A model generated the notes under the pieces. That model did no database searches. It was not told the origin of the DNA and was given only the letters and a program-made list of their open reading frames with translations. Below are positions 1 through 8,632 of a stretch of DNA of 64,000 nucleotides, one piece after another. A program made the position numbers and the translations under genes. This DNA comes from Candidatus Bathyarchaeota archaeon (GTDB taxonomy: Archaea; Thermoproteota; Bathyarchaeia; Bathyarchaeales; Bathycorpusculaceae). The stretch's first letter is position 1; each line of letters opens with the position of its first letter. The stretch is taken from contig OY970340.1 in NCBI GenBank assembly GCA_963717465.1, positions 608,001-672,000 of the forward strand, read 5' to 3'.

Positions 1-260
1 CGTCAATTAATGAGCCTTTAATCAACTGGCGTTCAATCGACGGTGACTACGCGCTTTCAGCCATCAGGCAAACTCATGGATGGGCTGCATATGCAACTGA
101 CAAGAGCATGATGGATTACGCACGTTTAATACGTGATAAAGAAGGCTTAAGTGTCCTTCCAGCGTCCACAGCCGGGTTAATAGCACTTTTGGATAGACAT
201 AAAAAGGAACCTTACCCTGGCGACCGATATGTGGTAATCCTTACTGGGCGCAAAGCGTGA
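1..260 (+). CDS. PLP-dependent fold-type II enzyme (threonine synthase-like), 3-prime part only
   Basis: Frame from base 3 reads INEPLINWRSIDGDYAL...EGLSVLPASTAGLIAL...YVVILTGRKA*, typical C-terminus of threonine synthase-like proteins. Confidence 0.75.
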   Translation, partial: SINEPLINWRSIDGDYALSAIRQTHGWAAYATDKSMMDYARLIRDKEGLSVLPASTAGLIALLDRHKKEPYPGDRYVVILTGRKA

Positions 261-1319
261 GCGAGGCATGCCAGCAAGAAAGAGCATTAGTCTACTGCGA
301 AAGAGAATATCTGAATGCAAACGGCAAGACAGCTCACGGACTTGTACGGTACACAACAAGATACCAAATCGTAGGCGTCGTTGATTCTACTGCTCCTGAG
401 GGAGACGCAGGAGAAGCATTAGATGGAAAGAAGAGGGGAATCCCACTATTCCACGATTTAGAAGAAGCAAGTGAAAAAACTAAGCCAGACACGTTTATAA
501 TCGGAGCAGTTTCTGAAGGAGGCATTCTTGCCAAAAGGCTACGATAAAGCAGTCATTTATGCTTTGCAGCAGGGCTTAAATGTTGTTTCAGGACTGCACC
601 AATTTATCTCGGATGATGAAAGGTTCACTTCAATAGCTGACAAAAACGGCTGCAAAATCACAGATGTCCGCAAAATGTTTAGAGACCACAAACGCTTCTA
701 CACAGGCGAAATTAGCAAAGTAGGTTCAACCAGAATTGCCACTTTAGGCACAGATTCAGCCATTGGCAAGAGAACCACAGCAGTCACGTTAGTCAACGAA
801 TTGAGGAAACGCAAACGCAAAGCTGACATGATTTACACTGGACAAACCGGATGGATGCAAGGTTGGCCACATGGAGCAGTCATCGACGCCGTGATAAACG
901 ACTTCGTTTCAGGCGAAATTGAAGGAGCAATAATCGATTCTTGGAGAGATGAAAAACCCGAATTCATAATAATCGAAGGACAAGGAAGCTTGGTTCACCC
1001 ATTCTTCCCAGGCGGATTTGAAATATTAGCTGCGGGACAAGTTCACGGCTTCACGTTGCAAGATGCCCCTGGCCGTCCATGCCTTGATGGTTTCCCAGGA
1101 TACCCAATGCCTGATCCAATGCGGGTGGTAAAGATAGCTAAACTTCTTTCACAACGCCCACTCGTTGGAATAAGCATCAACCATGAACACTTATCAGATG
1201 ATCAAGCTAAAAAAGCCAAGGCTAAGCTGCATAAGAGATTCAAGGTGCCTGTGGAAGACCCAGTAGTTGATGGCGTTTCACAGATCGCTGATGCCATCGA
1301 GAAACTCAGGGATGGTTGA
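257..1319 (+). CDS. DUF1611 / DgcN-like protein (frameshift near 530)
   Basis: GKTAHGLVRY, GTDSAIGKRTT, TGQTGWMQG and EGQGSLVHP motifs across ORFs 257-547 and 528-1319. Confidence 0.85.
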
Positions 1320-2767
1320 TGCAACGAACATTCAATGCTTCAATTCTATAGAGGTTCAAGACCCAGAAGATTAACGGAAAAGCTGTAAGCACCAAAATTA
1401 CCCTCGAAAAAGTTAATGGTAAAAGCTTCGTTTTTGATCTTCTCGTCAAGTACGAGGAAACAGTATCGATGGATCATTTGGCTTTTTTGAGATTGGCAGC
1501 GGTTATGCCTGTTCTCAATTACGGGCTTTTTACTGAAAAAATCACGTTAAAATATTCACTATCCAACTCTGATGTTTCGCTCTTGGAGGATCTTTTGGAC
1601 ATTTTCAGCAAAGACATATTCATCAACAAGCTGATACGTAGAAAGAACCCCTACATTCTACCTGAATTCAGATTATCAGAGGAAGACGCAACAGAAGAAA
1701 ACGCTAAGCCACTAGCACGCTTAATCCCAGCAGCTCTCACTGAGGACACGCCTCTGAGTTCAAAGCTTGATGCAAACTCATGCGGGGTGCTTTCAAGTAG
1801 CGGAAAAGAGAGCCTCTTGACTTACGCTATGTTAAAGGAGATTGGAGCAAAAGTTTATCCCTTGTACATCAACGAGAGTGGAGGACACTGGCGAACTGCA
1901 CTTCCGGCTTACCGTTACCACGCGGCAAACGAGCCTAATACTGGGCGAGTCTGGACGAACGTTGACAGGTTTTACAGTTTCATGCTGGATCATATGAGAA
2001 TCATTAGATCTGATCACAGACACGTTTGGTCAGATACTTACCCCATTCAGATTATGCATATTTCCAGTCTACGTGTTTGATTTGCTGCCAGTATTCGCGT
2101 CAAAGAAAATTGGCAACTTGTTGATCGGAAGTGAATTTGACGATCCCCGTATTTCTCCCTTCTACAAGGGAATAAAGCATTATTACGGCGTCTACGACCA
2201 AACGCAAGACTTTGACTTAAGAATGGAAAAATGGTACAAAAAGCGGATGCCGGAAATGCGCCAATGGAGCGCGGTTAGACCAGTTTCAGGACTCATTGTG
2301 GAGAGAATATTAACGAAGCGATACCCAGAACTTGCCAAGTATCCAGCGTTCATGTCACAGCGTCCACTTCCAAAGCAAAGACATTGTGCCATGCGGCGAC
2401 TGCAGCAAGTGTCTTGGAATTCAATTATTCCTTCGCGCTAACAACGTTAACCCCGCCATCATGGGCTACAGCAAAAAAGGATATCGACCTGTTCTCGAGT
2501 CGATTTGCAAAAGGCGGGCTGCGGCTTGATGAGGATGAACGTGAGCATGCTGCTTTTCTCGCAAGCAAACACGACTCCACGATAAAGGGCACGGAGCATC
2601 CTCATGTTGAAACCATCCACCTTAACAATAGCACAGGCGACTTGCAGCTTGTACCAAGGCAGTTTCGAGCGCCTATTTTGAAGATAATCAAGCAGTACAC
2701 AAATGGCTTTACGAAACTGGAAAAAGATGTTTGGGTGCCGACTAATGAGCCGCATCTAGAGGCTTAA
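1319..2767 (+). CDS. PP-loop ATPase with C-terminal Cys cluster, MurL/QueC-like (several frameshifts)
   Basis: SSGKESLL PP-loop, WSAVRPVSGLIVERIL, RSCHS and CGDCSKC spread over consecutive overlapping ORFs. Confidence 0.65.
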
Positions 2768-3224
2768 TCATGCGTATGGCGTCATGTGAACCGTTGTGCT
2801 CAAAGCGGTAGTAACCAGCAATTCTATGTTTGATCGTGTAACCAGCTTTTTGATATAGCTTGATCGCGGCATGGTTTCCTTCAGACACTTCTAGCTGAGA
2901 TATCTTCTTCCCATGCTCCTTCATGTCATTTTCAGCGGCCACAAGAAGCCTTCGCCCTACACCTTGCCTTTGAAAATGTGGGTCGACATCGATGGTTTCG
3001 ACGTTGCCGATTTGGCTGCGCTTGCGATAAGTAATGATGATGAATCCGTGTAAGGTGCCGTTTTCAGTTTCGACGAGAGTTGAACTGTTGGCTTTAAGGA
3101 TTAAATGTGCGAGTTGACGCTTAGAATAAGCCGTTAGTCCTGGAAAGGAAGCCTTCTCTATTTGGTAGATTGCTTCGATGTCGTCGATTTTTGCTAGACG
3201 AATTAACCTTCTGTTTTTTTCCAT
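2742..3224 (-). CDS. RimI-like GNAT N-acetyltransferase
   Basis: QRQGVG acetyl-CoA motif, LEVSEGNHAAIKLY, YY...DAIRM. Confidence 0.9.
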   Translation of the reverse strand: MEKNRRLIRLAKIDDIEAIYQIEKASFPGLTAYSKRQLAHLILKANSSTLVETENGTLHGFIIITYRKRSQIGNVETIDVDPHFQRQGVGRRLLVAAENDMKEHGKKISQLEVSEGNHAAIKLYQKAGYTIKHRIAGYYRFEHNGSHDAIRMIKPLDAAH

Positions 3225-3343
3225 ATGTCAAATTCTTGCAAGTTAAGGCTTGAACCAGGTTCTTGCAGTCAAATGAGAAAAGGGAGACTAACATATTTAT
3301 TTCGGCTTTAATGGTTCAATTATTGAATTAGAAGTGAAATGGC

Positions 3344-4280
3344 TTGAAAGAAGCAATCAAAGACCACGAATTCAAAGGCAAAATGAGCGTGAATGAGCTC
3401 GTCTTGCAGATGGATAAGGCTTGGGGTTTTACAGCTGGCAAACTTGCCGTTGGTGTAAACATCCTTGAAAGCATGATTAACGCCGAAAGGTTGCGTAAAG
3501 TTTCTTTCTTTTACGGGTAACCTTGTTGCTACGGGCACTCGCGGCGTAATAAGGGAGCTTGTGAAACGCAAACTCGTAGATGTCGTAATAACTACCTGTG
3601 GGACATTGGATCATGATATGGCACGTTGCTGGAAAGACTACTACAAAGGCAGTTTCGTAATGAACGATTCTAAACTGCATCAACAAGGCGTAAACCGCTT
3701 AGGAAACGTACTCGTCCCCAACGACAGCTACGGCATAGTGATCGAGCAGAAAATGCAAACTTTGCTAGGAGATTTGTATAAAGAGGGTAAACGTGAGGTT
3801 TCAGGCAGCGAATTAATCCGTGAAATCGGCTTACGCTGCTGCAATGAAAGCTCGATTCTTTATTGGGCAGCTAAAAACAAAATTCCAGTATTTGTGCCGG
3901 GCATAACTGACGGCGCAGTGGGTTATCAAACATGGTTCTTCAGTCAAGACCATGATTTCAAACTTAACTTACTTAAAGACGAAGGTGAACTCAACAACAT
4001 CATATTTGATTCCCCGAAAAGCGGAGCCTTAATCGTCGGTGGAGGAATCTCAAAACACCACACAATCTGGTGGAACCAGTTTAAAGACGGATTAGACTAC
4101 GTCGTTTACATCAGCACCGCAGATGAGTGGGATGGCAGTCTCAGCGGCGCAAGACCACGCGAAGCTGTATCATGGGGAAAAATTAGTGAAAAAGCCAAAC
4201 GCATAATGATCGAAGGTGACGCAACAGTGATCATGCCCATAATGACTTGCGCACTCGTTGATAGGCTAAAGAAAAAATAA
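3344..4280 (+). CDS. dys: Deoxyhypusine synthase (frameshift near 3490)
   Basis: SFTGNLVATG, GGGISKHH, DGSLSGARPREAVSWGK. Confidence 0.9.
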
Positions 4281-4373
4281 AAACAACCAATAGTCTTAAT
4301 ACCATTTTTTGATACATCATTTGCTAATATGCAATGCACAAGATTTATTTGATTAAAGTTTCAAGCGTAGCTC

Positions 4374-6312
4374 ATGAATGGAACTGATGATTCAACACTT
4401 GAATATGATGATCCATCACTTGAGTATGACCCTTGCAAAAAGCAGTATAATTTTCTTTTTGCAATAACTGGTTCGATGAGAATTGTCGCTAATGATGACA
4501 AAAATAGTATTTTTAAAAACTCAAAATACCCGAGAGAACTTCCAGAACTCGATAAACGACTTAGCTCAATATTTAGTGATATGTTTGATAGTTTTAAACT
4601 CAAAAATCTTCAAGAGTTTTTTACCTACTTTCAATCCTGTCCTTATGAGAATGTATTGGAAAGAATTGAAAGAAGAATAGAAGAGGAAAAGTCGAATAAT
4701 TTTATTAGTTACACGATTCCTTATCTGCCATGCAAAGCCATTGATTTCAAGGATAATAAAGAATATCAAGTTTGCAATTGGGATAATGAGAAACTGTATC
4801 TTAAAGCCGCAAATAAAATACACTCTTCAATAGTCCCAAACCTTGAAAGCGAACAAAAACGTTTACTTTTTAATGAGTATGTGATAGTCGATTCGGATCT
4901 TGAAGAATCAAAGTCAAATTCTTCTGACGATTGGAAAGTTGCTTACGATATACTTCTATGTCTTGGGCGCAGAAGAAGCGGTATTTTTTCGCGAAAACTA
5001 GCAGTGCGTGTATTCAACCTATGCCTACCAGTAGGTAGAATTAAACCGAAAGACCCTTTGAGCTTTTCCGAGAGTCAAAAATCTTTTCAAAGCGAAGTTT
5101 CGAGTTATGTCATAGTTCCTATTGTAACATTAAATATCGCTCCTCACTCTGCTTCCGACGAAAAACCGAAATATTTCAGAGATACAGTATCAGTCAGCAT
5201 TATAATGGCGCCAGTCGATGAGAAAAACGAAAAAGCTCGAAGGGTATCTGTACACGAAATTGCTCATATCCGATCCGATACCGAATTTGAACTTATCAAT
5301 TCACCGTTGAAAAGTTTTATCGATGAATTTAAAAAGAAAAATAAAGAAATAAATATAGATGATTTTACAAAATCAGGAAAAAGTCATTGTCTCTTAAGAA
5401 CAATTTGTAAAATTATGTTTTTTACTCTAGGAAAAGGATTTAAGAAAAATGAGAACCAGTCTGATATTTGGACAAATATTTTCGATCAAATTGAGTGTTC
5501 AACTCATTTTACCCAATCAATTTTTAGGTGATTCTCTTGATAATCTTACTATTAGTCAATTTTACACTTACCCGGATAAGTGCGTCATAAGAGAGGAATT
5601 AAGAAATATAATATCACCGGAAGAAATTCTTCCCGATAGGATTAAGCATCCTCATCCAGATACCATTAATTTTAAAAGTATACTTGTGATTGATAATGCA
5701 AAAATTGATTCAAACCATTTATCTTTTTATAAAAAAAGAGATTCAATGATTACCATATTCAAGGGTCGTGTAAATGAAGATTTCCCCAATTATTCAATGA
5801 AGTGGAGTTTATTTTGGAATCTTTACATGAGTATTAGCCTGTCATTCCTCCATGCAAAAATTGCATCAATCTACAAAAAACTTGAAAAAGACCACGAAGA
5901 ATCAGAAATGTTATGCACTATTGAAACTGACATGGTTCAGGACCTCGATGAATTTTATGACCTGGATATTAGACAGCCGCTCTATAAGGAATTTTATGAG
6001 AGAATGAAGAATATTGACGGCGTAAATCGAGACTTCAAAATGCTAAAAGAAAAACTCAAAAACCTTAAAAGCAATGCATTGTTAATAGAAGAAAAACGCC
6101 TTAATGAGCGTATTGAATCACTTACGGGTATCTCTGTTTTTGTTGGAATTGCTGGCGTGCTCCTTGGTTTATTCATAGCTATGAAGGAGCTATTGGGAGC
6201 TTTTATTGCAGGCATTATCGTGGTGATGTGTCTAATAATTTTCGTGCTGCGTAAGAAAATTAAAAAAGTCTTGACAGGAAAGCAGATTGCTCCACTTCAG
6301 CGAAAAAGTTAA
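4374..6312 (+). CDS. AT-rich hypothetical protein with C-terminal coiled coil and two TM helices (probably one gene, frameshift near 5520)
   Basis: ORFs 4374-5531 and 5449-6312 overlap; hydrophobic hairpin at the C-terminus; lower GC than neighbours. Confidence 0.6.
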
Positions 6313-6341
6313 AGAGGCTTGGTTGAAAAAAGTTAAAGTGT

Positions 6342-7406
6342 TTAGGTTACGTCTTTAAATATCCAGCTCATGTCTGGTCCTTTTCGTTTTTCTGGAACTC
6401 GCTCGCAGAGTGCGTGTGCTATTAGTGGTAGTGCGATTGTGGCGTCGCAGTAGCATACTGCTCTTGTCCCTGCTTGGCTGTTGATTTTGCCCCAGCTGAT
6501 TGCCTCTTCAAGTGTGCAGCCTGATAATCCGCCCCATTGTGGAGCGTCAGTGGTTATTTGTATTGCATACTTGTGTGGGTAGTAGTATTCTTGTAGGCTT
6601 TTTCTTAAGCCGCCTTTTCTTCCTTTCACGCCTTGATCTTGAGTCATCGGTGAAACTGAAATGGCTATGAGTTGTGTGAGGTCTTTTGGTACTCCACCGC
6701 CGATATAGACGACGCCGACATCCTTAGTTCTTGTTCCGATACTGATGAACTGGTCAAACTCTTTAACAGAGTCAAGAACAACGTTGTGCCCCTGATTCTT
6801 AGCCATAAGGAATGTTTCGCCATAGGCACTGTCAACCATTGCTGGACTGAAAATGGGGACCCCATTTTCTGCTGCGACTGCGCTTATGGCTGGAATTTTT
6901 TTCTTGCCAAGATACTTGCCAAGCAAGTATAGGAATTCTGCTGAAGTGTAATTATAATTAGTTTTCAGGGTCATGACGAAGTTTGTTACCACTTCTTCCA
7001 TTTTACGGTAATCTGTTTCTTTGCCGAAAACGTCGTAATACCTGTTCACGTCTGCTTTTAGCAACGCTTCATCATCAACCATGTGGCTGCCTTGCCAGTA
7101 ACCAAGACCCATGGCATCAACTATATCTTCGGAAACATTGGCGCCGGTGGAAACTAAAACATCGATGAAACGGTTCTCCATGAGCCAATTAATAATTGTC
7201 CATTGACCAGCGGTACTCATGGAACCGGCAAAACCCATGGCAATCGTTAAGTCTTTTTCCTTTAACATGTTTTCCCAAACATCAACTGCTTCCCCAAGTT
7301 TCCTTCCTTGATAAGCAGTTTTGCTCATTTCGGAAAGAAGCTGTGAAACACTTTTCTTTTTAACCTTAATAGGCTCAAGCTTCTTTTTGAAGTACATGTC
7401 ACTCAA
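6342..7406 (-). CDS. Deoxyhypusine synthase family paralog (possible homospermidine synthase)
   Basis: GGGVPKD, YAIQITTDAPQWGGLSGCTLEEAISWGK, CDATIALP. Confidence 0.85.
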   Translation of the reverse strand: MSDMYFKKKLEPIKVKKKSVSQLLSEMSKTAYQGRKLGEAVDVWENMLKEKDLTIAMGFAGSMSTAGQWTIINWLMENRFIDVLVSTGANVSEDIVDAMGLGYWQGSHMVDDEALLKADVNRYYDVFGKETDYRKMEEVVTNFVMTLKTNYNYTSAEFLYLLGKYLGKKKIPAISAVAAENGVPIFSPAMVDSAYGETFLMAKNQGHNVVLDSVKEFDQFISIGTRTKDVGVVYIGGGVPKDLTQLIAISVSPMTQDQGVKGRKGGLRKSLQEYYYPHKYAIQITTDAPQWGGLSGCTLEEAISWGKINSQAGTRAVCYCDATIALPLIAHALCERVPEKRKGPDMSWIFKDVT

Positions 7407-7575
7407 TTAATTTGCACCTCGAAGTAAATTATTGGGCTTGTATATGAAATTTGTCATTACAAGAACATTCAAAAAAAGAGAAACGTTTTTCAAAAGAATA
7501 TTAAACTTTGATTAGAAATAATGTATATCAAAAAACTTTAAACAACCCACTAAACACTATGCTTAGAGGAAAGTT

Positions 7576-8091
7576 ATGGGCAAGCAGAATACGCGGGCTA
7601 AGAAAGATCAGGAAAATTTGAAGGTTTTGTTTGCTCTGATAGCGCTTGGCGGCAAAAGCGATAGAGAGATTGCCAAGATCTTGAAAATGAGCAACGCAAC
7701 GTTGTCTAGGCGAAAAAAGAAGCTGGAGCAAGAGGGTTACATAAGGGAACACACGGTAATACCTGACTTCCACAAAATGGGACTAGAATTCATCGTATTT
7801 TCATTCGCAAAAACCACGGATGTAATAACACCAGCACAAGTTGAAGAAGCACAAAGCTTGATTAATAAACAGCCCGAAGTGCTATGCCTTCTGGAAGAGC
7901 GCAGCTTAGCAGGAACAAACTGGGTTGCCGTGTCCGTACACAAGGATTACAACAGTTACTTGGAACTATCTGAAAAATTGCAAAGAGAATCAACGTTCAG
8001 ACCAAATGTGGAAACGCACAGCTTCATGTTTTACACCGGCAAAAAGTTTCCAAAAACATTCTCACTACGAAACCTGGAAACACTATTCTAA
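7576..8091 (+). CDS. Lrp/AsnC-type winged-helix regulator
   Basis: SDREIAKILKMSNATLSRRKKKLEQEGYI...PDFHKMG. Confidence 0.8.
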   Translation: MGKQNTRAKKDQENLKVLFALIALGGKSDREIAKILKMSNATLSRRKKKLEQEGYIREHTVIPDFHKMGLEFIVFSFAKTTDVITPAQVEEAQSLINKQPEVLCLLEERSLAGTNWVAVSVHKDYNSYLELSEKLQRESTFRPNVETHSFMFYTGKKFPKTFSLRNLETLF

Positions 8092-8144
8092 ATATAAAAA
8101 CTTTCTATCATTAGGTCCAATGTTAATCACTGCCCGACAGCTCA

Positions 8145-8234
8145 GACCAGCTTAACCCAGAACTAGGCGCATGGTGCTTCAAAGCAAACCTAGCAAAAGT
8201 GTACTCAGCCAACATTGGACCAATGGGACCATAA
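8145..8234 (+). repeat. Orphan copy of the 3-prime end of the molybdopterin oxidoreductase gene
   Basis: 8166-8222 is identical (57 nt) to 10881-10937; encodes DQLNPELGAWCFKANLAKVYSANIGPMGP*. Confidence 0.9.
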
Positions 8235-8242
8235 ACCGAAAA

Positions 8243-8274
8243 TCTTTCCTTTTTCTTTCCTTTTTCCTTTTTTT
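8243..8274 (+). terminator. Oligo-T archaeal terminator after the gene remnant
   Basis: T-rich tract right after the TAA, as after the intact gene. Confidence 0.55.
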
Positions 8275-8632
8275 AAACTCCAGACTATGCCTGTTTATGG
8301 CTATGGCTATTTTAGAAGATGAAATAACGTACTAACTCGCATGCATAAGATAGACTGAGTTCTGCAATTTCCATAATATATGTTATATAAAGTGGCAGAA
8401 ACTGCAAAGAATTTGTTTTATATAAACAGAACCTTATTAGACCTTAAACATTATTAAAGAAAATAGTTCAATTATGTAACAATGTTACGGATTAAAAGAG
8501 AAAGTGTTCTGTTTTGTCGCAAAAAGCGTAATGCGCTTATTATCTAACCTTAAATAGCCATCAAACCGCATATAGGTTATTTCGTCCTAAAAACAAAATA
8601 AAAATGGGAGATAAACAAAGATAGGAGATTGA

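Noticed and set aside
8145..8234. Template/variable repeat pair of a diversity-generating retroelement
   Set aside because: Mismatches are not confined to adenines, are synonymous or conservative, and no reverse transcriptase is present in the window.
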